Source of the DNA: a virus
IMG/VR virus record: IMGVR_UViG_3300041964_000083
Coordinates: 32,001-96,000 of that record
DNA: 64,000 nt
Strand: one strand, 5' to 3'
The position numbers and the translations under genes are program-made. Positions 1-8,741 of the stretch are shown here, in pieces (the first letter of the stretch is position 1; every line of letters begins with the position of its first letter). A model generated the notes under the pieces. That model did no database searches. It had not been told where the DNA came from and saw only the letters and a program-made list of their open reading frames with translations.

Positions 1-2
1 TA

Positions 3-1121
3 GGTCGCTCTGGAGTAAAGATTACTGACGTAGCTGTTGACTCAGAAACTGGAATTGTTACGATTATCATTCGTAAAATCACATCTCACTTAGCTGAAGT
101 TCCAGCAGAGAAACTGGTAAAAGCGACTGGATTTTTCAAGCAGCAGAAGACTTCAGCTAAAAAGATTTGTTTCAAAGCAACCGACGACAAAGGCGTCACA
201 AAAACTTATGCAGTTGGTGAGCGTGCAGCATCGCTGGGTGGTGCGGCTGGCTTAAACCAAGCTAAAACGGTTGACATGGATAAACGGTTGATGGGTGTAA
301 TGACTGCCCTCGGCATTTTCTCTGGTGAAATTGCCTTAGGTGTTCAAATACCGTTTGCTTCTGGAAAACAGTTTCAGGGAGAATCAGAAAAAGCACAGCA
401 CCTAGTTAAGGACGGGTTACGGTGGGAGTTGGAAAACAAACCACGCCAGCTAACTCTTCAGGATGACAACTTGCGTGTAGCCCCTGAAGATTATTACTCG
501 GAATACCTGACTTGGGAGTTGAAGTATGACCGAGCAGGTAATGAGTATCCCTGCTGGCAAGGGATGGGGAGGTTGATTGTTGGTCTTGGTTTTCAAACGA
601 CCAACATTGGGGTTATTGATGAAGATGACGCTTTTGACCCTATGCTTAGTCAGTCCATTCAGTTTGGGGTCAATCAGTTCTATAAATACTGTGCTGAACC
701 GATGGGCAACAACGTCAACTTTGAAGACCCTAAGTTTATTGAGCTAATTAATTCGATTGCTACAATCTCTCCAGCAGACGAACCTCCTTTCGAGACTTCA
801 ATTCAAGTACCAGGACAGGCTAAACCATTAGAGTTTGGTGAACTAAAAGGTTTTGTTGAATCGGCTAAGAACTCATTTTTTGCCGAGTTAATGGCAAAGC
901 TCGGACTCAGTTCAGATTTTGATTCTAGTTCAAGCAAGGCTACGGATATTGCTAGTTTGTTTGCTGCTTATGGTCGGTTCAGTGTTGTGGGCGGTGGCGC
1001 TTATTTATTTGGCGATCGCTTAATTGAAACCCTCGACAACTTTGAAGGGTTCGTCTGCCCTCTACCTGATGTAGCATCAGCGCTGGGTATGACGTTGGCA
1101 GTTGCTAGAGGGGAATTTTAA
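3..1121 (+). CDS. ParM/StbA-like actin-family ATPase (5'-truncated at window edge)
   Basis: The frame of ORF 276..1121 is open back to nt 3. It reads GRSGVK (end of a DxGxxxxK phosphate-1 motif), YAVGERA, VAPE, IVGLGFQTTN (phosphate-2-like), VVGGGAYL (adenosine motif) and ASALG. Confidence 0.7.
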   Translation, partial: GRSGVKITDVAVDSETGIVTIIIRKITSHLAEVPAEKLVKATGFFKQQKTSAKKICFKATDDKGVTKTYAVGERAASLGGAAGLNQAKTVDMDKRLMGVMTALGIFSGEIALGVQIPFASGKQFQGESEKAQHLVKDGLRWELENKPRQLTLQDDNLRVAPEDYYSEYLTWELKYDRAGNEYPCWQGMGRLIVGLGFQTTNIGVIDEDDAFDPMLSQSIQFGVNQFYKYCAEPMGNNVNFEDPKFIELINSIATISPADEPPFETSIQVPGQAKPLEFGELKGFVESAKNSFFAELMAKLGLSSDFDSSSSKATDIASLFAAYGRFSVVGGGAYLFGDRLIETLDNFEGFVCPLPDVASALGMTLAVARGEF

Positions 1122-1594
1122 TGTATTCCAAGAAAAACATTCATGCGTTTCCACACTTCAAAGTTCGAGAAGGGTTTGAGACTATCTTCCCTTTTGACAA
1201 CCTAGAAGAAAGGTTAGAGCAGGAGTTACGGGTTATTGGGTTAACCGAAGAGAACCTAACCAAAGCTGAAAAGCTAAATGCTGAAAAAGCAGCAAAGCTT
1301 AAAACTAGGGTTGAAGTCGTCAAGGCAAAAGCACTTAAAGCTGGGGTTCTAATCGATTCTATTGAGTCAATCGCCTACAGTGACGCTAAAGTTGACGCTT
1401 TAGAGAAAGTCATTGAAAGACTTGGGGTTCTAGAGAAGCAAGTTGAAGACCAGTTAGTCCCTTGGACAAAATCTCAATTCAAGTCAGCCTTACCCTGGTT
1501 GCTTTTAGGGATTGTGGTCACGATTTTTGGTTTGACAGCTGTGGTTAGCCGTGGGTCAACGCCCACTCTTGAAACTAAAACACAAGTGAAGTAG
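1121..1594 (+). CDS. Hypothetical coiled-coil protein with C-terminal TM helix
   Basis: Stop/start overlap with the ATPase gene; hydrophobic LPWLLLGIVVTIFGLTAVV. Confidence 0.6.
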   Translation: MYSKKNIHAFPHFKVREGFETIFPFDNLEERLEQELRVIGLTEENLTKAEKLNAEKAAKLKTRVEVVKAKALKAGVLIDSIESIAYSDAKVDALEKVIERLGVLEKQVEDQLVPWTKSQFKSALPWLLLGIVVTIFGLTAVVSRGSTPTLETKTQVK

Positions 1595-1684
1595 TTTTCC
1601 CACCCTGCCATCTATCTTACCTATTTTGGTTAGGAAGTTGGCAGGTTGAGGGAAACCTTCTTACTTTTAATTTCATAAACGCAA

Positions 1685-2920
1685 ATGGTTGTAACACTTG
1701 ATCGTTCTAGCCATAAAGTTGCTCATGCCTTAAGGATTGAGATTGATAATTTAGCCTATGCCCTACAGCGGCAGCAAACCGTAAAGGATGTTGAACAACG
1801 GCTCTTAGAAATCAATCGAAAATTGGGAGGAGTAAAATCAGACCCCCAGTACAAAGAACTTCGAGAACACTTCTTAGCTCTTACTGCTGCGGCTGGAATC
1901 TTCCTAACTGTGGCAACTACTAGTCACTACCAAGTTAATCCGCAGATTTTCCAGCCTACTTCAATTGAACTCCGAGCGGACACTTCGGCTGGAATCCGTC
2001 TGACATCTACGACTCAAATCCTTAATGAAGTCCAAGCGGACTTCGGAACCACTTCGAGTCAACTCAGCATAACCGCATTGATGCACGCCATCATTGGTCA
2101 GGAATCAAACGGAAAATTCAACATCACCAACCCACATTCAGGAGCATTAGGTTATGGGCAAGTGATGCCAGAGAATGTTACTCCTTGGAGCTTAGAAGCT
2201 CTGGGGTATGCCCTTACTCCCAAGGAGTTTCTCAATAGCCCCAAGTTACAACTCAAAATCATCAAATTTAAGTTGGGGCAGGCGATCGCATCCCAAACCC
2301 AACCCGACCGGAGCGAGGAAGAGGTGATTCGTCGTGCTGCTGCTATTTGGTATTCAGGTCAAGCTCGGTTATGGAATAGCAACAGACCGGAATATTACAA
2401 CGGGCATCCCTACCCGTCTATTGCTGAGTACACCCAGAGTGTTTGGGAGAAGTACCAAGCAGAATTATCCCCCGCATCTTCGGAGTTAAGCGACTGGACG
2501 GCAGATGATAAATCTACCCCAGCTAAAGGGGAGAAGATTGCAGGGTATGAGGTAACCTCCCCTTGGGGTAATCGAAAAGGGGCGAATCTTCCTGTAGGAG
2601 CCAGCACTTTCCATAAGGGAACGGACGTGGGGATGCCAGAAGGAACCCCCCTTTACGTTATTGGGAGTGCCCAAAACTTTAATTGTTCTTGGGATGCCAA
2701 GGCGGGGAATATTGCCAGCTTTGATTCCCCTGAATTAGGCAAGAGTTTTGATTACTACCATCTATCGAAGTGCGATCGCACAACCCGTGAAATGAGGGTT
2801 GGTAATACGGGGATAGATGGAGGAGCGCACCTCCACATTAATCAGCGAAATCCTCAAACCTTGGAAAAAGAACCACCTTGGCGTGGTTTTATTAGATGGG
2901 CTATTCGAGGCAAGAAATAG
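1685..2920 (+). CDS. Lytic transglycosylase (SLT-like) fused to M23 peptidase
   Basis: SLT motifs IIGQES and GALGYGQVMP; M23 motifs VTSPWG, HKGTD, YYHL, VGNTG, GAHLH. Confidence 0.8.
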   Translation: MVVTLDRSSHKVAHALRIEIDNLAYALQRQQTVKDVEQRLLEINRKLGGVKSDPQYKELREHFLALTAAAGIFLTVATTSHYQVNPQIFQPTSIELRADTSAGIRLTSTTQILNEVQADFGTTSSQLSITALMHAIIGQESNGKFNITNPHSGALGYGQVMPENVTPWSLEALGYALTPKEFLNSPKLQLKIIKFKLGQAIASQTQPDRSEEEVIRRAAAIWYSGQARLWNSNRPEYYNGHPYPSIAEYTQSVWEKYQAELSPASSELSDWTADDKSTPAKGEKIAGYEVTSPWGNRKGANLPVGASTFHKGTDVGMPEGTPLYVIGSAQNFNCSWDAKAGNIASFDSPELGKSFDYYHLSKCDRTTREMRVGNTGIDGGAHLHINQRNPQTLEKEPPWRGFIRWAIRGKK

Positions 2921-3310
2921 CCAATATGTTTACTTTGATTCAGGTCGTGCCAATTAATGGGATGCGCTATCCGCTCAACACTAAACATTAGTGGACAAGA
3001 TAGCCAGACTCAGGCGCAAGCCTACGTTATAGAAGTCATGACACCCATGAATGCTTTCCAGTTTGTGGCAACTGTCGTCAAAAGTTAAACAGATTTATTG
3101 AGCAATGAATTGGCGATTAGAGGTATAGCGATCGCACAGAGAATTTATGGAAATCGTGAAGCGCGATCGTAGGTATCAAACCAACAATCGATTTGTTTTC
3201 ACCGCGACAGTTATCGATTCGTCCAAACTTTGAGTAATAATTGACTGCACTCTTCTAACTGGTGGCAGTGGTTGGGGAGTTGGAGTCAATCAACAAGGAG
3301 AACTTTAGTA

Positions 3311-3514
3311 ATGAGTAAACCATCTCTCAAACAATTTGCTGCTACTTCTGTGATAGCGTTAGCTACCTCTGTAGGATTGAATGCCGTTGACGCTCATGTT
3401 GGAATTCATGCTACTGCGGGTGCAGCTATAGGTATAGGTTCCGCAGCCATAGCCGGATTAAAAGACGGCTTAAAAGCAGCCAAGGAAAAGGAAGACGCTG
3501 ACAAGAAAGGTTAA
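3311..3514 (+). CDS. Small hydrophobic protein
   Basis: ATG downstream of AAGGAG; Ala/Gly-rich hydrophobic sequence. Confidence 0.5.
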   Translation: MSKPSLKQFAATSVIALATSVGLNAVDAHVGIHATAGAAIGIGSAAIAGLKDGLKAAKEKEDADKKG

Positions 3515-3584
3515 TTGCCTGCATCCCTTCAGCTAGTGACAGGAGTTAGGGGACTGGAGTTAATTAATTTTAAGAGGGTGATTC

Positions 3585-3719
3585 ATGTTTGAAAAGCAAA
3601 TAACCGAGATTTGCATGATTTTGATTGTGGCGTTCTTTGCCTTAATTGCTCCACAAGTTTTTGTTCCAGTTTTAGCTGGAATGTTAATTGCAACCGTACA
3701 GGAGAAGAAGAATGGCTGA
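3585..3719 (+). CDS. 44-aa membrane peptide
   Basis: MFEKQITEICMILIVAFFALIAPQVFVPVLAGMLIATVQEKKNG after GAGGG; overlaps the next start. Below the ORF-track cutoff. Confidence 0.45.
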   Translation: MFEKQITEICMILIVAFFALIAPQVFVPVLAGMLIATVQEKKNG

Positions 3720-3906
3720 TTTAGGTAAGTTGAATGTAGGCGATCGCGTAAAAGACGAAGAACGCGAATATGAAGTTGTTGGTTACCACCCAAATGGTGC
3801 AGTTAAAATTGCGTTTGGTGAACCCGAATCGGGTGGCGACTGGGGATTTTTGCACTACACACCTGAAGAACTTGCAGAAGCTGGGATTACAAAAACCGAT
3901 GCTTAA
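3712..3906 (+). CDS. Hypothetical phage protein
   Basis: ATG (MADLGK) after AGGAGAAG; coupled to neighbouring genes. Confidence 0.55.
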   Translation: MADLGKLNVGDRVKDEEREYEVVGYHPNGAVKIAFGEPESGGDWGFLHYTPEELAEAGITKTDA

Positions 3907-4309
3907 ACCAAAAGAAACTGAGATAATAACGATACCTGAACCTCCTGAAGGTTCTTACCTCCACTCCGAGGTCATAACTCATGCCAAACAAGACTTTTTT
4001 GGGCGCACATGGATGCTTAAGTATCGTGGGTGGACATTAAACAATCGCGCTGTGTACGTTCAAGTTCAAGATTATCTAGGCTACTGCTTCTACACTCCGG
4101 AAGGCGTTGGCAAGTTATCTAGAATAGTTCCTCGTGATAACGAAAATGCGGCTCTGAATGAAATGTTTAGATACTTCGACTGGTTTATTTTCTCCTATGA
4201 ATCTAAGCTGATTGAAGTTGATATTGAGGATAAGACAACTCAAAAGCCTGCTGTGCAGAATGTTAAAAGACTGACGGGTAAGCGAACCAACATCAAGGAG
4301 GTAAGCTAA
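3899..4309 (+). CDS. Hypothetical phage protein
   Basis: Likely start MLKPKE overlapping the previous stop. Confidence 0.55.
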   Translation: MLKPKETEIITIPEPPEGSYLHSEVITHAKQDFFGRTWMLKYRGWTLNNRAVYVQVQDYLGYCFYTPEGVGKLSRIVPRDNENAALNEMFRYFDWFIFSYESKLIEVDIEDKTTQKPAVQNVKRLTGKRTNIKEVS

Positions 4310-4376
4310 AACTATTCAAAATAATCCGTGCCAGTTTGACTAAGAAGCTGATGTAGACAAAAAAAGAGAAAAGCAA

Positions 4377-4715
4377 ATGACCTTACAACCACACGAATTA
4401 AAGCTAGCAGCAGAACTGTTAGAATTAGCCGCCGACCAATTCAGCAATCACGGTTGCAATGATTTTGATTTAGTGACAGAAGCTGGATTAACTCTAGAGC
4501 AAGCCTATGAAGTCAACAAAGCATATGTGGAATGGAATGGTGAAGCTGGACAATACGAAGATAGTGAACTACGAACAACAGAAGCATGGTCTGGTAATGA
4601 CGGGATGATGCGTTGGTTATCAGCAAGGATGAAACAAGAATTAGAGGTGGGCGACTCTCTTGGAGCAGAAACTTACGAGGAATACGCAAAAAGAACGGGA
4701 TGCGATCGCACATGA
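4377..4715 (+). CDS. Hypothetical phage protein
   Basis: Clean ORF ending in a HIP1-containing ATGA overlap. Confidence 0.6.
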   Translation: MTLQPHELKLAAELLELAADQFSNHGCNDFDLVTEAGLTLEQAYEVNKAYVEWNGEAGQYEDSELRTTEAWSGNDGMMRWLSARMKQELEVGDSLGAETYEEYAKRTGCDRT

Positions 4716-5026
4716 CTAACCCACTACCATACACAATCTCGGATATCTTGTTAAACCATGAGCGCGGTGAGTTTTTACGCAAACGCAATATCAAGGTTTC
4801 TCAAGTCTTGGAGTCTAAAGCTGATGAATTCTATCAATACTTTGGAATCCACCTCGTTTTCTTTATCGATCCAATAATAGGATTTAATTATTGCTCTTTC
4901 ACTAATACTGTTCTTAGTCCTACACCAAACGGTATAAGTGACTACAACGTGGTTTTAAGTCGATACGGGGTAAGAGCAGCTGAATTGATTGACGAATTAA
5001 TTAATGCTATAACGGATTGCAAATGA
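4712..5026 (+). CDS. Hypothetical phage protein
   Basis: Start MTNPLP in an ATGA overlap. Confidence 0.5.
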   Translation: MTNPLPYTISDILLNHERGEFLRKRNIKVSQVLESKADEFYQYFGIHLVFFIDPIIGFNYCSFTNTVLSPTPNGISDYNVVLSRYGVRAAELIDELINAITDCK

Positions 5027-5212
5027 TTAATCCACACATATGCGATCGCGTATACAACGTTCTTCTTGTTACATTGGTTTGATGCTGTTAAAATAAACAA
5101 CGATACACAGCAATTTGCATACAGCGTATCTTGCCTTCTGAGTACATCGGAAGGTTTTGTTTTGTTTGTAGTGCTGTAAAATTAGATGTGATTAAATTTT
5201 TGATGAGAGCAG

Positions 5213-5240
5213 ACCCGTGGCGTGTAACACGGGTTTTTGT
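5213..5240 (+). terminator. Intrinsic terminator
   Basis: ACCCGTG-loop-CACGGGT followed by a T tract, between convergent operons. Confidence 0.6.
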
Positions 5241-5245
5241 TTGAC

Positions 5246-5264
5246 TGACAACTAATCGTTGTCA
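5246..5264. promoter_or_regulatory. 19-bp palindrome TGACAAC-N5-GTTGTCA, copy 1 of 7
   Basis: TGACAACTAATCGTTGTCA. Confidence 0.75.
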
Positions 5265-5368
5265 GCACGAATATAAAGAAGCGATATCATTAAAATATAG
5301 ATGCACCCTTGACCAAAGAGACGATTATTTTTTTGCCTAAGCTGCAAGGAAGCGATCGCCTCTTTTCC

Positions 5369-5845
5369 TTATTTAGAAACGAAATGTATCCATAGCTCCC
5401 CATCTGCACTGCAAGTGCGTGCCATCAGATTGTAAGAATACGTCAAGCCTGCTCCTGATCGCGTGGTGTCATAGCCATCAGTGAAAAATTCGCCAAAAGG
5501 ATCGTTCACCACAAACCCTTTTTCGTTATAGCCAATGATTACGATAATATGACCAAATTCGGTGAAGTACCCATGAACAATACACGGGTTTTCTTTGTCT
5601 AACCACGCTTTAACAGCATCCCAGTTGGTATGCCGAGTAAATTCATCTTTATACCCATACAGCCTGAATAATTCAGCTAAATCTTCTCCAACGTGTCGGT
5701 TTAACCCGCTGTCGATGCAATATTGATAAAGCTCATCTTCTAATTGGACACCAGCGTTATTCCTAATGGGGTAACCAAAAAATGCCATACACATCGCTAC
5801 AGACGTTACATTGCAGCTACCGTAAGGGTTTTCTGAGTTGTCCAA
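5369..5845 (-). CDS. C39-like cysteine peptidase domain; C-terminal part of a frameshifted endolysin
   Basis: The frame extends upstream as LKVPYLLQLDNSENPYGSCNVTS; also GHIIVIIGY and VNDP (Cys-His-Asp). Confidence 0.75.
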   Translation of the reverse strand: MDNSENPYGSCNVTSVAMCMAFFGYPIRNNAGVQLEDELYQYCIDSGLNRHVGEDLAELFRLYGYKDEFTRHTNWDAVKAWLDKENPCIVHGYFTEFGHIIVIIGYNEKGFVVNDPFGEFFTDGYDTTRSGAGLTYSYNLMARTCSADGELWIHFVSK

Positions 5846-6771
5846 TTGCAGTAAGTATGGAACTTTAAGTAGTTTTGAGTTACTTGCTCTTGAACTGAAG
5901 TTGGCGTACTGGCAGCAGCAGGCGCATTAACAGGCTCTAGTTTAATGAAGTCTGTGCTATCGAAGGCATACCATGTGTTGTAATGCCCCAAAGCAAAATT
6001 GTTTTCTTTTGCCCAAGCTAAGTCGAGCGTAAATCGGATATGGCGATCTTCTTTTATCCAACACGCGATCGCAAACTCTAATCCTTTTTTTACTAAATAC
6101 TTTTGATCGTCTGGTAATTGACTCGATTGGGCGATTGAGCGCTTGAGATAGCCTTGATCTGTTTCCACCCTTATCCAAGCAAAACCACCTTTATCGGGTA
6201 CTGGTAATGCTAAATTAGGGGTTACATGGGGTGTTGTAGAAATGGTAGGGATAGACAGATTACTTTGCTGTGGTCGATTTGTGAGTAGTGCATTAAACTG
6301 TGCTACGTTATCTAAAACGGTTTCATTTGTAACAATTTTTCCTGTTTTCCATAGAATAGCTTCAGCTCTACGTCGCCGCACTAATCCTAATTCTTGTACT
6401 CGCTCTCCATTAACGTAAGTGTTTACATACAAGAGCATTCGCTCAAGCGCACCATCAAAATTACCTTGATTGAGTAGTTCTAAAAATCGCGAACTGTAAA
6501 TTTGCTCTGGTACAGCATTGTAAAAAAAACTCAAAACGGCGTTGTAAATATTTTCTTCAAGTTTTATTTTTACAAAATCTTCAAGCATTGTTTCTTTCTC
6601 GGTTACCACCTGCCGTAGGTAGTCTTCTGCTGTTTCAAGACTCATTACCAACCCTTCTGTTACCCAGCTTCCGGTAAAACCATACCCAATTGTCCATTGG
6701 TCGTAATGATAAGCCTTCTCGCTGAAGCCTTCAAAGAATTTAATGAGTGCGATCGCGTTATCAATATTCAT
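5806..6771 (-). CDS. Phage lysozyme (GH24) endolysin, N-terminal part
   Basis: FEGF..AY..WTIGYG, SFFYN, GLVRRRRAE; likely start MNIDN at 6771. Confidence 0.8.
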   Translation of the reverse strand: MNIDNAIALIKFFEGFSEKAYHYDQWTIGYGFTGSWVTEGLVMSLETAEDYLRQVVTEKETMLEDFVKIKLEENIYNAVLSFFYNAVPEQIYSSRFLELLNQGNFDGALERMLLYVNTYVNGERVQELGLVRRRRAEAILWKTGKIVTNETVLDNVAQFNALLTNRPQQSNLSIPTISTTPHVTPNLALPVPDKGGFAWIRVETDQGYLKRSIAQSSQLPDDQKYLVKKGLEFAIACWIKEDRHIRFTLDLAWAKENNFALGHYNTWYAFDSTDFIKLEPVNAPAAASTPTSVQEQVTQNYLKFHTYCNWTTQKTLTVAAM

Positions 6772-7165
6772 CGTCAGGAGGCAGTGCGTTTCTAGTACCA
6801 ATTCTTGATGAGCGTACTTTTTGTTCTAATGGCGGCTCAATGTACGTCTCTTCTCTAGGAAGTGTTTGAGAAATTCGGGTTGCTTGGGTTACAACATTTT
6901 CTTTATTAGGTCCCCACACACCACGAGGGGTATAAGCAAGAGAGCCATTTGCACCAACTCTTGATGCCATCACTACACTTTGCCCAGTAATTGTAAGCAC
7001 TACCGTAGATACCCCAACAACCCAATCAGTCGCTGTTAATTTCCCATTAGCATCAAATCGATTTGCCATAGAAATTGCAACTGACGCGATCGCACTTAAG
7101 GTTGTAACGTATACACCCAGAGCGGTTCGTGTTAAAAATAGGTTGCGAATTTCTAATTTAGACAT
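6761..7165 (-). CDS. Candidate holin (2 TM)
   Basis: Two hydrophobic segments, charged C-terminus, overlaps the endolysin start. Confidence 0.5.
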   Translation of the reverse strand: MSKLEIRNLFLTRTALGVYVTTLSAIASVAISMANRFDANGKLTATDWVVGVSTVVLTITGQSVVMASRVGANGSLAYTPRGVWGPNKENVVTQATRISQTLPREETYIEPPLEQKVRSSRIGTRNALPPDDEY

Positions 7166-7177
7166 AACCTAAAACTA

Positions 7178-7540
7178 TTATTTGTCAATTAATTCTTTGA
7201 TTTTCTGCAATAACTCTTGCCAATAAAAAGGCTTAGTGATAAATGTTGCACCTAACGCAATACCTTTTTCAATGCTTTCGCTATCAGCAATAGCGGATAA
7301 GAAAGCAACAGGGATATCCTTAGTGTTAGAGGTTTTTTTTAATTGCTCAATAACTTGGAACCCATTTAATTCTCGCATAACAACATCGCAAATTATTAAG
7401 TTAGGCATAAATTTAGTTGCTAGTTGTAATCCGCTGATTCCATTGTCTGCCGATAACACAGTATAATTTTCCATCTTTAATAACTCAGATAGAACATCTA
7501 AAATATCTTTGTTGTCTTCAATTATTAGAATTGTCGGCAT
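7178..7540 (-). CDS. Single-domain response regulator (CheY-like receiver)
   Basis: ILIIED, LIICDVVM, NGF, FLSA, FITKPF. Confidence 0.9.
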   Translation of the reverse strand: MPTILIIEDNKDILDVLSELLKMENYTVLSADNGISGLQLATKFMPNLIICDVVMRELNGFQVIEQLKKTSNTKDIPVAFLSAIADSESIEKGIALGATFITKPFYWQELLQKIKELIDK

Positions 7541-8108
7541 TTTTTCTATCGTTTTCTAAAACAACAAGCTTCATTTCATGTTTTGTTACTTGTTCTATGA
7601 TTTTAATTAACGCACCACTACCTAAAATATCATTAATTCGCCCTTGAGCACCTTGTGCGATCGCGAGTGCAACATCAGCTATTTTGCCCGCGTTCTGGGT
7701 TTCTCCTTTTGTACTGTATATTTCTCCTCGTAGTTGCTCTAATGTATTTGAGGTTGATGTTACAGCTTCTCGATTGCTGTCTACAATATTGCGTAGAGAT
7801 GGGATTAAAGCTTCGAGTGAATCAATTCGCATATCAAGAACCATGCGAATATCTTTAATTTCTTGCTCTAATTTATCGATTTTTCCGTCTTTTTGTTTAA
7901 TCTGGTCTATTATTTGCTGACTTTTAGCTTTAAGTAGACTTTTAACATAATTTAAAATATATGGTGCAGCAAAACCAACAATACCTACAATAAACGACCA
8001 CTGCGAATTACCCAATCGTTTTGATTCGGTGAAGATAAACGCGATTGCACAACCACTCAATAGCGCGGTCCCAAGTTGGGTGAAATTAAGCGATCGCATC
8101 CGTTTCAT
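7518..8108 (-). CDS. Membrane-anchored coiled-coil protein
   Basis: Two N-terminal TM segments followed by heptad repeats. Confidence 0.65.
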   Translation of the reverse strand: MKRMRSLNFTQLGTALLSGCAIAFIFTESKRLGNSQWSFIVGIVGFAAPYILNYVKSLLKAKSQQIIDQIKQKDGKIDKLEQEIKDIRMVLDMRIDSLEALIPSLRNIVDSNREAVTSTSNTLEQLRGEIYSTKGETQNAGKIADVALAIAQGAQGRINDILGSGALIKIIEQVTKHEMKLVVLENDRKNADNSNN

Positions 8109-8538
8109 CGTAGTTAAAACCTAATGTGTCATCTTCGGTTCGCTCAATCTTCTCTTCTACTATTGTATAAATTATTTCTAAAGGCAAAGGCGGTACTTTT
8201 AGGTAATCGCCATCACGCAGGATGTGGTCTTGCTCTATTGGTTTTTCGTTAACAACTAATTTTTGTTTTAGGGTTTTTAGTAGATGAATATCACCGTGAT
8301 TGGTAGAAACACAAATAATTTTACCTAAATTTGAAGTAATTGCAGGGTTATAAATTGGTATGATATTTTCAATACTTAAAGAGGGATGTTCTACTACAGG
8401 ACGACGACCAATAAACCACGTCAAACCACGTTCAAACGGTAGTTTAACATACATATCAAATTGATAACCCACTGCGTCATTAGAAATGCGGTGAGTCGGC
8501 TGACGAATACGAAGTTCTGCAAATTTCATTATTCCCAA
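8086..8538 (-). CDS. FHA-like domain protein
   Basis: WFIGRR ... VVNEKPI...LRDGDYLKV pattern; phosphothreonine-binding residues look degenerate. Confidence 0.55.
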   Translation of the reverse strand: MGIMKFAELRIRQPTHRISNDAVGYQFDMYVKLPFERGLTWFIGRRPVVEHPSLSIENIIPIYNPAITSNLGKIICVSTNHGDIHLLKTLKQKLVVNEKPIEQDHILRDGDYLKVPPLPLEIIYTIVEEKIERTEDDTLGFNYDETDAIA

Positions 8539-8741
8539 AATACAAAACTGGTATTAATTGCGAAATAAATAAAACTAATTCCATCCCGCTATTAAGATTG
8601 ATTGCTTCTAGTTCTTCTACGGAACTGGCTAACTTTATTAGTTCTTCAATTCCGCCAGCTCTTTCAATAATCTAAATGAAGGTAAAGAAGGTAAAGAAGG
8701 TAAAGAAGAAGGAATCTCTCTTCTCCTTTACCTTTCTCTTG

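Noticed and set aside
8678-8740. (GAAGGTAAA)x3 with a partly complementary pyrimidine tract
   Set aside because: Short low-complexity intergenic repeat or hairpin with no further support.
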